Positions 35,460-43,573 of a stretch of DNA of 43,573 nucleotides are shown one piece after another. Under the pieces are notes generated by a model. That model was not told the origin of the DNA. It worked only from the letters and a program-made list of their open reading frames with translations, and did not search any database. Made by a program: the position numbers and the translations under genes. The DNA is taken from NCBI GenBank assembly GCA_964593295.1, contig CAZQHD010000002.1, positions 1-43,573 on the forward strand. The letters run 5' to 3'. The DNA comes from an uncultured Thermotogae bacterium. Its GTDB lineage: Bacteria > Bipolaricaulota > Bipolaricaulia > UBA7950 > UBA9294. Every line of letters starts with the position of its first letter. Position 1 is the stretch's first letter.

Positions 35460-35483
35460 CCCTCGCGACATCCTGCGCGAGGG
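35460..35483. terminator. GC-rich hairpin in a convergent intergenic gap (possible bidirectional terminator)
   Basis: CCCTCGCG (35460-35467) pairs perfectly with CGCGAGGG (35476-35483) around an 8-nt loop. It lies in the 38-nt gap between the stops at 35449 (+) and 35488 (-). There is no clear U-tract on either strand. Confidence 0.3.
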
Positions 35484-35487
35484 TCGG

Positions 35488-36072
35488 CTATGGAGCAAAC
35501 AGGGGGATCGGGCTCTGTCTCGTGCCCCCCGTTTCTCTCTTCCTCGCTCTGGATCCGCTCCCGTGGGTTGGGCGGACGGCCGTCCGGGGCAGGGAGTCCT
35601 GGACGAGAACCCTGGAGAACCCTTCCTCGGGACGAACCGCCTCATAGCACCGGGCCATGGCGTCAAACCGCTCTCTTGAGAGCATGGTGACATCGATGCG
35701 AGGGCGATGGAGGCGGAGGGCCTCCATCTGTCGACAGAGCCGCGCGTACAGCTCGTCGATCGGTGTGTGGGGCATCACGACAGCCACGGTCTCTCGGTCG
35801 CACAGGCGACCGAGCTCCACATACGATCCTCGTTCGGATCGAAGGAGGTTGAGGTCGTCGATGCACACAGTGACCGCTGGAGACTCGACTGCCTCGATCA
35901 CCATGGCGGAGAAGATGCGATCGACCGATTCCTCGTACTTCGATGCATACGTACAGGAAAACACCTCGTGTCGGATCACGTCCCTGCACACGATGGCACT
36001 GTGGCTCTTCTCCTCAAGAAAAAGAGACTTGCCGGACCCCGGAAGCCCGACCATCACGACAAGCTGTCTCAT
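35488..36072 (-). CDS. P-loop ATP-binding protein (AAA_33 / small kinase-like)
   Basis: Walker A at the N-terminus (MRQLVVMVGLPGSGKSLF) and a Walker-B-like VCIDDLNL. The size and layout resemble polynucleotide/gluconate-kinase-like P-loop kinases. Confidence 0.7.
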   Translation of the reverse strand: MRQLVVMVGLPGSGKSLFLEEKSHSAIVCRDVIRHEVFSCTYASKYEESVDRIFSAMVIEAVESPAVTVCIDDLNLLRSERGSYVELGRLCDRETVAVVMPHTPIDELYARLCRQMEALRLHRPRIDVTMLSRERFDAMARCYEAVRPEEGFSRVLVQDSLPRTAVRPTHGSGSRARKRETGGTRQSPIPLFAP

Positions 36073-36082
36073 CCCCCCCCCC
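36073..36082 (-). repeat. homopolymeric G10 tract (C10 on the + strand) abutting the start codon of the P-loop kinase gene
   Basis: The + strand reads CAT CCCCCCCCCC TCTCTCTG. On the coding strand this is CAGAGAGA GGGGGGGGGG ATG. Confidence 0.9.
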
Positions 36083-36173
36083 TCTCTCTGCGCTTCTGTG
36101 GTTCAGTATGCGGAAGAACGGGAGGAGCCGTCAAGGAATCATGGGGAGAAGCTCGGCCTGCGTACGCTGGATC

Positions 36174-37541
36174 TTAAGGCTGAAGGGCTTGATATGCATC
36201 GATGAGCCCTTGACCGCTCCAGGAAGCGGATCCATGTCCCTCGACCGGGACGGCGGATGCAAAGAGAAGGGCCACCGCGTCCGCGCTGGACAACGTTGGA
36301 TAGGCAGACAGGACAAGCGCCAGAACTCCGGAGACATGCGCGGCGGCGAATGATGTCCCGGAGCGGGTTGCGGTCTGCCCCCCCGGCAGGAACGAAACGA
36401 TGTCGGCGCCGGGCGCACAGAAGGCAACCTCCGGCCCCCAGCTGCTGAATCCCGCGCGCTGGTTGTTCTCGTTGACGGCGGCGATTGCCAGAACATGCGG
36501 ATACTTCCCAGGGTACAGAACGCCGACTTGTCCGGTGTTCCCGGTAATCCCGACGACGATGAGCCCTGCCTGGACGGCCCGTTGCAGCGCTCGTTCGAAC
36601 GTGGCCGGAGGCTGAGAATGGGCAAAGATGCTGAGGTTGATGATCTGCGCCCCGTTGTCCACGGCGTAGTCGACGGCGCGTGCGAACGTCTCCCAATCGC
36701 GGGAGGAGAACTGGTTTCTGGAGTCCAGGAAACGCACGTCCATCAGGCGAACCCCCGGGGCGACACCGACCATCGGGACCTGACCAGGCTGCGCGGCGAT
36801 GATTCCCGCGACGAACGTCCCGTGCCAGTGCAAAGGGGATCCCACCAGCGAGCAGGGGTTGTTGTCGCGGAAGTCCCAGCCGTGGATGTCGTCAATGTAT
36901 CCATTCCCATCGTCATCTCTTCCGGTTCCGTCGATCTCCTGAGGGTTGATCCACATGCTCTCCGTTAGCTGTGGGATGGAGTGATCAACTCCCGAATCGA
37001 TGACGGCAACGATCACCTCACGACGCCCATGGGTGATCGTCCATGCCTCCATCGCAGAGATGTGTCGAAGCCCCCAGTTGATCGGGGTCTGGTAGAGGGT
37101 GCGCAGCCCCTCTCCGTGGGTGGACCTCTTCGGCGCAAGCGGCAACGGAACGGGCAGGATACGAAACGGAAGCCCCCGGGAGATGACCGCGCCCGAGGTG
37201 GTCTCCAGCACGACTTCCGCCAGGTAGACCCCGGGGATCTGAAACTCCCACCGGCTGGTCACCGAGACCTCCCTCGATGCGCCCGAAGACAGTGTGAATC
37301 CGTCAAACGAAAGGACCTCTACCGGTTGTCCTCCGGCATCGGAGAGGACCGTCCGGCCACTGGGAACATCCCACGTAGACTCGCTGCGATTCGTCACACG
37401 GAACGTCACCTCGAACGGTGTCAACTGTGTCACGTCCAGGTCGGAGATCCAGTCGGTGGCGGGTGACTGGGCGGCGCCGACCAGAACACCGAGAAGCAGT
37501 GCGACGATCAGACCGAAGGGGGCAAGCAAACGCGGGGTCAT
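36174..37541 (-). CDS. secreted subtilisin-like serine peptidase (S8 family)
   Basis: Signal peptide. An N-terminal beta-sandwich-like domain. Catalytic triad blocks VAVIDSGVDHS (Asp), HGTFVAGIIAA (His) and SGTSFAAAHVSG (Ser). The ATG overlaps the upstream stop (ATGA at 37538-37541). Confidence 0.9.
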   Translation of the reverse strand: MTPRLLAPFGLIVALLLGVLVGAAQSPATDWISDLDVTQLTPFEVTFRVTNRSESTWDVPSGRTVLSDAGGQPVEVLSFDGFTLSSGASREVSVTSRWEFQIPGVYLAEVVLETTSGAVISRGLPFRILPVPLPLAPKRSTHGEGLRTLYQTPINWGLRHISAMEAWTITHGRREVIVAVIDSGVDHSIPQLTESMWINPQEIDGTGRDDDGNGYIDDIHGWDFRDNNPCSLVGSPLHWHGTFVAGIIAAQPGQVPMVGVAPGVRLMDVRFLDSRNQFSSRDWETFARAVDYAVDNGAQIINLSIFAHSQPPATFERALQRAVQAGLIVVGITGNTGQVGVLYPGKYPHVLAIAAVNENNQRAGFSSWGPEVAFCAPGADIVSFLPGGQTATRSGTSFAAAHVSGVLALVLSAYPTLSSADAVALLFASAVPVEGHGSASWSGQGLIDAYQALQP

Positions 37542-38836
37542 TCAAGCATGTCACCCATGCTTCCCAGCAATCGATCCATGATCTCGTCGAGGGGACGGGT
37601 CCCCGTCTGCTCCCATCCCATCGGCACGATCCTGAGGGAGAACGCCCCCTTCGTCTCCAGAAGGAGTGTGGGGAGCTGTGTTTCCAGTCGCCGTGCGGCG
37701 ACGGCGGCCCCCTCCGGAGGGGTCTCCGGCAACAGGGTGACGAAGCGGTTCTCAGTGATGCGGAACAGCGAGTCGACGGCACGAAGGTTCCGAACCAGGA
37801 AGCCTGCTGTTTGGATCAGCCCGTCGTCCCGGATCTCGGGCGAAAGTTGATCGAGTCCCTCCAGTTGCACCAGCAGCACCGAGGTGGGGTGTTTGTAGCG
37901 ACTTGTCTTGAGTAACTCTCGTTCCAGTTCTGTGCGGAAGTGGTCCACCGTATAGGCTCCAGTCAGCTCGTCCAGGACCACCAGCTTCAGTAGCTCCTGT
38001 TCATGCGACCGGATCATGTGGGTCATGAGATTGTACCCGTCTACCAGTTTGCTGATCTCATCGCGCTGCCGGGTACCAGGGAGCCGACAGGACCCGAGAG
38101 AGACCTGCTGACCGCTCTGTCTGCGGGCGACCCTGCCCATGCCACGGGCGATCCTGGCAATCGGCTGCGTCACGATCGACCGAAGGGCAAGCGTAAGCAG
38201 CCCCCCGAGCACGAGAATGCCCACCAACGTACCTCCCCCATACTGAACCGCTAACCGGGAGACATACATGATCTGCTCATCGAGTGACAGATCGACGATG
38301 ACAACCCCTATCAGATCTGCGCCTGAGAAGATCGGGTAATGGGCTCTGAGAAGCGGAGTATCCGCTGTCCGTGTCCGTTCGACTTCGACGGCCTCCATCG
38401 ACTCGTATCGAAGCTGGGTGGACTCATCAGCCAGTAGGCCCACCTGGGTCGGATCCGTACCGGCCACGGTCAAGAATCCACGCGCACTGCGACCGACCAC
38501 GCGGATCCCGATCACGGATGTGTGCCGCTCCAGCATCCGCCCGATCTCTGTGTCCAGCGACTCAGAGTAGTAAAGAACGTAGTCCTTGTCCTGAATGGAG
38601 CGTGAGATCACGGTGGCCACCGCGCGCGCGCGGGACTCGTAGATGGCAGAGATCGACGAGGTCAAGGACGTCCAGGAGAACCAGAAGAGCGCACCGATCA
38701 CGAACAGCGTGATGCCGACGACAAGCACCACCAGCTTCCCGTAGAGGCTGGTTCCGTGTCGGATCGCAGAACGAATCCGCGACAGAAAGTGGGGACGAGA
38801 AATGGGTTCTTCCCTTCTCTCTTTGTTTGCATCCAT
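37538..38836 (-). CDS. membrane sensor protein with HAMP and a degenerate (non-catalytic) GGDEF domain
   Basis: TM, periplasmic region, TM, then HAMP (VTQPIARIARGMGRVA...ISKLVDGYNLM), then a GGDEF fold starting LDELTGAYTVDHF. The signature position reads RITENRFVTLL instead of RxGGDEF. The ATG at 38836 follows AGAGGAG. Confidence 0.75.
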   Translation of the reverse strand: MDANKERREEPISRPHFLSRIRSAIRHGTSLYGKLVVLVVGITLFVIGALFWFSWTSLTSSISAIYESRARAVATVISRSIQDKDYVLYYSESLDTEIGRMLERHTSVIGIRVVGRSARGFLTVAGTDPTQVGLLADESTQLRYESMEAVEVERTRTADTPLLRAHYPIFSGADLIGVVIVDLSLDEQIMYVSRLAVQYGGGTLVGILVLGGLLTLALRSIVTQPIARIARGMGRVARRQSGQQVSLGSCRLPGTRQRDEISKLVDGYNLMTHMIRSHEQELLKLVVLDELTGAYTVDHFRTELERELLKTSRYKHPTSVLLVQLEGLDQLSPEIRDDGLIQTAGFLVRNLRAVDSLFRITENRFVTLLPETPPEGAAVAARRLETQLPTLLLETKGAFSLRIVPMGWEQTGTRPLDEIMDRLLGSMGDMLE

Positions 38837-38846
38837 GGTGTCTCCT

Positions 38847-41183
38847 CTAATCGTTCGAGCGGCGAGACGGGGCCAGATAGTCCCGTGCAACCTGCTCCAC
38901 CTCTCTGCGGAGCAGGCGGATCTGGCTGACCAGGCGGTGAACGACCTCACTGGTCAGGTGTTCTTCCATCTCTGTGATCAGGGACTCAAGCTCCGGGAGT
39001 CTCTGGAGGGTCTCCTTTCGGACGGCCAGAAGAAGCGGATGATCCGACAGGGCGTTCCGGTCGTCCTTGAGGAGAACAAACCCGGAAAGGCTCAGGGTTT
39101 CCTCCAAGCGAGGGACGATTGCGATCTCCACCGAGCCGAGCTTCAGCAGGGTCTCCACCTCTTCCAATCCACGGTTCTCCTGAATCATCTCCAGGCATTC
39201 GGACAACCCGTACGACTGCAGGAAGGGTTCGAACGCCTCCTCGCTCCACGGTGAGGGCCAGACGGTTCGAAGCATTCCGTCACGATCCGAGCACAGGGCC
39301 GACAGTGCCGAGAGATCTCGATCCGAAAGCGACTCAGCGAGCACGGGCGAGATCGCCAGCCGCCATCCGTCAACCACCGACATTGTCGTCCAGAGCACGG
39401 TCTCGTCGTCGGGTCGAAGAACGGGCAACAGAGTCGACATCGGCCGAAGCCAGACGATATCCGCGTCTCCGTCCTCGAATGCCTGGAGAACGCGCTCTGA
39501 TGACTCTAGCCCCACCAGATCGACCACCTGATACCCGGCTTCGATGAGCATCTGTTTGAGGATCGTACCCAAGAGAAGCTCCACCGTACTCGATCCGCCG
39601 CCCACGGCCACGGATCCTCTCCAAGCAGTGGTCTCCAGCGAGACGTTCTCGGAAACGACCGCACGGTGAGGATCGCGCGTCCGATCCTCTCCCCACCAGT
39701 TTCCGCCCGCGGACAACGAAGGTACGTCTTCCGTTTGGATGTCGTACTGTGCGTTGCTCTGGAACAGATTACGGGTCAGCAAGGGAGGGTCGCTCGGCCT
39801 CTCGATCGACCCGGTAACGCCCAGACGACGAAGATCTTCCTCGATCTGTGAGGGATCCCGTTGCCACTTCAAGCCCACGTCGTTGCCGGCCAAGAGATTG
39901 CCGTCCACGTGAAGCCGACCCGCGGAGCCGATAAGCAAGATTCCTAGACGGTTGCCGGTGAGCGCGTTGCTTGAGAACAGGTCGTCTCCCGTCGCGAAGC
40001 CAAGCAGCCCCCACGCGCACGAGGACAACACGTTGTCCACGACCTGTTGCTGTCCGAGTGAGTGCAGCACAGAGATCCCGCCGCGTTGGGCCGAGGTGAT
40101 CGTGTTGCGGAGAAACACGGTTCCGCGCGACCCGATCGAGACCATACCGTGTTCTCCGCCGGAGATGGCGTTGTCGTGCACCTGATGGTGCTGTCCCCGG
40201 ACAAGCAGGAGTCCAGTCTGGCGACTATCGGACACGGTGTTTCGAAGGAACCTTCCATTCGCGGCCGGACCGACCCGGATTCCGTCCGCGCAGTCGGAGA
40301 TGGCATTGCCTTGAACCAGTGTCCGGGGGCTCTGCTCGATGAGCAGGCCCGAGGTGCCGCACCCGCTGACGTGGTTGGACACGAGTGCGTTCTCACGTCC
40401 GCCTATGAGGACGATGCCCGACTGCTGGGATCGCTGAACCGTCGACTCTTGGACTCGGCTCTGGACCGTTCGATCCATCCGAATTCCCGCCTGCTCGACG
40501 GCCTCCACGCGGGAGCGTTCGATCTCCACGACCTGAGCGTCTTCCACCAGGATCCCGGTGGGCACGGCGCGGATTGTCATGAACCGTACACTGATGGCGT
40601 CGACATTCCGGAGAAGAACGCCCGCGTATGAACTCCCCGAGACGCTCCCATGGAGGAGATGGCTCTGCGAGGCCCCCTCTCCCACGAGCAGTCCGATCTG
40701 GCCCCCGCGCACGTGGACGGACCTGAGCGTGCACCGAACGGCTCCTCGCAGTTCGATCCCCACGGTGGCTGCCTGGACCTCTGTGTCCGTGATCTGAGTG
40801 TCACTTCCCCCTATGAGAATGCCTGCGGCCTCGGAACGAACGGAGATCCCTCGGACGCTGACGTCGTCGGCCGCCAGCGTCAGCGCAGCGCCCTCCTCGG
40901 GGCCTGTCCAGGGGATCCTCTCCTTCCACGAAGTGATCGTGATGCCGGGGACCTCGATCGAGACTGGGCCATGCACGATGCCCACGGACGGAAGCAGAAT
41001 GATGACATCCCCAGGCGCCGAGCGATCGAGCGCGGCCTGCAAGGTGGCGACATCCCGAGGAACGACAATAGCCTCCGACGGGAGACGAGGCTGCCGAACA
41101 GCCCAGAGGGTCCCGGCTGCCAACAACAGCAACACCAGACCCACAACCAGTGCCGTCCGTCGTGTCCACCGGGAGTTCATCAT
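38847..41183 (-). CDS. membrane-anchored fusion protein: NosD-like parallel beta-helix repeats plus a C-terminal OpuAC/ProX-like substrate-binding domain
   Basis: N-terminal anchor TALVVGLVLLLLAAGTLW. About 400 residues of roughly 22-aa PbH1-type repeats (..V.GN.I..C..GI.V..). The C-terminal roughly 230 residues (LLLGTILKQMLIEAGYQVVDLVGLESSERVLQAFEDGDADIVW...) resemble the glycine-betaine-type binding fold. Confidence 0.65.
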   Translation of the reverse strand: MMNSRWTRRTALVVGLVLLLLAAGTLWAVRQPRLPSEAIVVPRDVATLQAALDRSAPGDVIILLPSVGIVHGPVSIEVPGITITSWKERIPWTGPEEGAALTLAADDVSVRGISVRSEAAGILIGGSDTQITDTEVQAATVGIELRGAVRCTLRSVHVRGGQIGLLVGEGASQSHLLHGSVSGSSYAGVLLRNVDAISVRFMTIRAVPTGILVEDAQVVEIERSRVEAVEQAGIRMDRTVQSRVQESTVQRSQQSGIVLIGGRENALVSNHVSGCGTSGLLIEQSPRTLVQGNAISDCADGIRVGPAANGRFLRNTVSDSRQTGLLLVRGQHHQVHDNAISGGEHGMVSIGSRGTVFLRNTITSAQRGGISVLHSLGQQQVVDNVLSSCAWGLLGFATGDDLFSSNALTGNRLGILLIGSAGRLHVDGNLLAGNDVGLKWQRDPSQIEEDLRRLGVTGSIERPSDPPLLTRNLFQSNAQYDIQTEDVPSLSAGGNWWGEDRTRDPHRAVVSENVSLETTAWRGSVAVGGGSSTVELLLGTILKQMLIEAGYQVVDLVGLESSERVLQAFEDGDADIVWLRPMSTLLPVLRPDDETVLWTTMSVVDGWRLAISPVLAESLSDRDLSALSALCSDRDGMLRTVWPSPWSEEAFEPFLQSYGLSECLEMIQENRGLEEVETLLKLGSVEIAIVPRLEETLSLSGFVLLKDDRNALSDHPLLLAVRKETLQRLPELESLITEMEEHLTSEVVHRLVSQIRLLRREVEQVARDYLAPSRRSND

Positions 41184-41274
41184 CGCCCCACCTTACCACA
41201 GTCGCTCTCGTGCCGTCCATCCGTACATCGTAGGGCGTGGACGAATGCCCAGAAGAGGGGAACGGGTGGCCGCA

Positions 41275-41592
41275 TTATGCGTCGCCGAGCATCTCCACCC
41301 CGATTGATGCCAACCAACAGAGGAAGCTGTTCTCGATCGTCGAATCGTAGAAGCGCAAGGATTCAGGACCGTGGGAGGTGGTGAACCGGCGAAGATACGC
41401 CATGATCTCCTCCCAATCCTCCGGCGGCATGCCGTCACGGATCTGGTGCGCCTTGTCGACGCGAAGCTTGGACAGGATCTCGTCGACGGTGAACGCCTGC
41501 AGCTCCCGGACCTGATCGAACGTGAGGTCGCGACCTTCGTCGAGCAGACTCAACACGCCGTGGATGAACTTTCGAGCCGAGCTTCGGTACAT
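41275..41592 (-). CDS. hypothetical small acidic helical protein
   Basis: 105-aa ORF with coding-like composition (MYRSSARKFIHGVLSLLDEGRDLTFDQVRELQAF...). I recognise no family. It stands alone between two larger transcription units. Confidence 0.4.
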   Translation of the reverse strand: MYRSSARKFIHGVLSLLDEGRDLTFDQVRELQAFTVDEILSKLRVDKAHQIRDGMPPEDWEEIMAYLRRFTTSHGPESLRFYDSTIENSFLCWLASIGVEMLGDA

Positions 41593-41864
41593 TCTGTTCT
41601 GCCTCCTTCCGGGAACGATCCCGAGGCTCCGCCGCTGAATCCCGTGATCAAGCGACAGGCGGCTTCATCCGAGCCCGTACGCCGGATCCTTGTAGCATGC
41701 ATGTTTCATCTACTTGATTCCAGGGCTGACAAGTGTGGTGTGTAGAACGGACGGGATCTCGTTCTTCCTGTAAGATGAGAAGGTTTCGTACGGCGTCGAT
41801 CCGTGCATGCAGCAGCCTTCCACGGTGTGATGTGGGACGGATGGTCGCCAAGAGAGGGGGCAAC

Positions 41865-43573
41865 ATGACGGGAAGGTATGCGGGGGCGGTGCTGGCGATC
41901 CTAGTCCTCTTGTCGATTGCGGCGATCGCACAGTCCGTTCAGCTGAGCGGGCCCGATCAGTTGGGGCGCTGTGAGGAAGAGGTCTTCTCGATCACGTTCT
42001 CTACCTCTACCGTTCAGACCGCCAGTCAGATCGTCGTGACCAACACTCGGTCGCCGAACGGATTCGAGTACGTCTCGGGGTCGGCCACGGTGACGCTTCA
42101 CGACGGCACCGAGATCCTTGACGATCCGATCCAGACAGGACTGGATCTTATCTGGAATCTGGACGTTCTTCTCGGTGCGGCCTATGAGCTTCCGCCCGGG
42201 GAGCAGATCGCGCTGTCGTTCGAGCTGGAGACCTCCTGTGGGACGCTTTCCGGCAACGACGAGGTGCAGGTGGAGTACCTGTCCGACGGAGCCCCCGGGA
42301 TCCGCACCGACGCGCTGTCCACGGAGATCCTTCCCGGCGCCGTGCTGATCTACAAAACGCCGGGCGTGATTGAGGCGCGCGTCGGAGACGTCGTCGAGTG
42401 GACGCTGTCCCTGGAGAACACCGGGTTCGGCCCGATCTACAACGTGGTCGTGACCGACCTTCTCGGCTCTGGGCTCAGCTACGACTCGTCCACCCCGGTG
42501 GGGTCGAACGTGGGGCAGACGACGGTTTGGGAGATCGATGAGATCCTCGCCGGAGGGGCCGTAGATCTCGTGCTTCGGGCCGAGGTCACCGCCTGCTCCG
42601 GACTAGACAACCAGGCCGACGTGCGGTTCGGCTGCGACGACGGCTCGATCTGCTTCGACACAGCGACAGAGGGAGGAACGGCCACGGCGTCGATTCTGCT
42701 CCTTCTGGAGAACCCCCTTCTCGACTGGACCCCTCCGACGATCGAGATGCCGTACTGCAATCCCGACGGCGTGCAGGTCAGTCTCCCGATCACCAATCAA
42801 GGGGAAGGGTCGGCGCGGAACATCCGATTGTGCATTGATTGCGATCCGCTGGTGGTGGAGAACGTTCAGCCCGGGGCCGAGTATATCGGCGGCTGTTTCG
42901 TGCTTGAGGACCCGCTGCCCGGCGGAGAGACGTTCACCCTCCTGTTCACCGTGCGCTATCCCGGGGACTGGTGTGCCGGGGCGCCCAGCGGCACGGTCCT
43001 ATGTGAGACGATCTACGAGAACGATTGCGGGGTGGAGTTCCGCCCGCCGTCGAACTTCGGCTCGTTCTCCACCACCTATGGCCCCAGCGGGCCGCCGTCC
43101 GTGTCGGCGTCCATCAGCGGGCCGAGCGAGACCTACGTGGGGAACCTGGGGACGTACAATGTCTCCGCCGGCTTCTCCGGGCTGAGTCAGTGTGGAGAGA
43201 GCGGAGAAACCACCGATGTGGCGGTGAGCGTGGGTGTGCCGGACGGGTTCACGGTCGAGGACGCCGGCGGAGGAGCCTGGACGCCGGGCGCGGGAGGCAC
43301 CGGCGGAACGATCGCTTGGATCCTCGCCTCCGATGGCCCGCCACTCAACACGCAAATCGATCTTCGCGTGCCGGGCACCGAGTTCTGCTTTGAACTGGCC
43401 ACGGCGACGATCTCGGCCACGGCGGTCGATTGCTGTGGATGTGATCTCAGCTCCAGCGGATCCACGACCACGGCCATTCAGTGCGACGAGTTCGTCGACT
43501 CCAGCCGGTCGGCCGGCCCGTCCACGGTGACCAAGTGTGCCTCCACGACGTATACCAATAGCTACAACTTCCT
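41865..43573 (+). CDS. large secreted DUF11-repeat (conserved repeat domain) surface protein, 5' part, open at the window end
   Basis: My own translation from the ATG at 41865 finds no stop in frame to 43573, so it is absent from the track. Signal peptide MTGRYAGAVLAILVLLSIAAIAQS. DUF11 signature ARVGDVVEWTLSLENTGFGPIYNVVVTDLLGSGLSY. Many paired cysteines. Confidence 0.8.
   Translation, partial: MTGRYAGAVLAILVLLSIAAIAQSVQLSGPDQLGRCEEEVFSITFSTSTVQTASQIVVTNTRSPNGFEYVSGSATVTLHDGTEILDDPIQTGLDLIWNLDVLLGAAYELPPGEQIALSFELETSCGTLSGNDEVQVEYLSDGAPGIRTDALSTEILPGAVLIYKTPGVIEARVGDVVEWTLSLENTGFGPIYNVVVTDLLGSGLSYDSSTPVGSNVGQTTVWEIDEILAGGAVDLVLRAEVTACSGLDNQADVRFGCDDGSICFDTATEGGTATASILLLLENPLLDWTPPTIEMPYCNPDGVQVSLPITNQGEGSARNIRLCIDCDPLVVENVQPGAEYIGGCFVLEDPLPGGETFTLLFTVRYPGDWCAGAPSGTVLCETIYENDCGVEFRPPSNFGSFSTTYGPSGPPSVSASISGPSETYVGNLGTYNVSAGFSGLSQCGESGETTDVAVSVGVPDGFTVEDAGGGAWTPGAGGTGGTIAWILASDGPPLNTQIDLRVPGTEFCFELATATISATAVDCCGCDLSSSGSTTTAIQCDEFVDSSRSAGPSTVTKCASTTYTNSYNF

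Noticed and set aside
1-43573. Search for CRISPR arrays, tRNA/rRNA genes, IS elements, integrases, prophage or classical defence genes
   Set aside because: I found no regularly spaced direct repeats, no cloverleaf-like conserved tRNA boxes in intergenic regions, and no transposase, integrase, recombinase or restriction/toxin motifs in any translated frame. The window looks like core chromosome plus envelope-related accessory genes.

Overview
GC-rich, gene-dense bacterial chromosomal window. I call about 45 protein-coding genes on both strands, many joined by 1-4 nt start/stop overlaps. I recognised no rRNA, tRNA, CRISPR array, transposase or integrase.

Gene order:
- 1-4455: a radical SAM gene fragment, a HAD hydrolase and a polar amino-acid ABC transporter (binding protein, permease, ATPase, permease).
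- 4547-6638: two PKD-domain lipoproteins. One is frameshifted; the other carries a transglutaminase-like domain.
- 6733-9675: a small membrane protein, a YjjG-like HAD, a SAM methyltransferase and a DUF2007 protein in one operon, then a DMT/EamA transporter.
- 9856-13052: hflK (frameshifted), hflC and an HI0933-type flavoprotein.
- 13063-24591: a lipocalin / SDR / Spt-like alpha-oxoamine synthase operon; a beta-propeller lipoprotein; an MJ1255/VC2487-type glycosyltransferase; a TatT-like helical protein; an operon of an unknown 567-aa membrane-anchored protein, a PAPS-type sulfotransferase and an HpnG-like nucleosidase; and, divergent from that operon, a fused APS kinase/ATP sulfurylase.
- 24625-27449: a CYTH / GNAT / pyruvate kinase operon.
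- 27623-36072: two secreted proteins, rsmI, a YkuK-like protein, an OmpR-type two-component pair, a DRTGG/Pta-N-like protein, OsmC divergent from ArsR plus glutaredoxin, and a P-loop kinase.
- 36174-41183: an operon of a beta-helix/OpuAC fusion protein, a HAMP protein with a degenerate GGDEF domain, and a subtilase.
- 41275-43573: a small hypothetical protein and the 5' part of a large DUF11-repeat surface protein.

Best candidate for an undescribed system: the 13.0-24.6 kb stretch. It places sphingoid/capnoid-base-type chemistry (Spt-like synthase plus SDR plus lipocalin), a glycosyltransferase, a dedicated PAPS supply and a sulfotransferase next to uncharacterised partner genes. I read this as a possible sulfated (glyco)amino-lipid envelope pathway.

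All family assignments come from reading motifs in the translations. No database search was possible.
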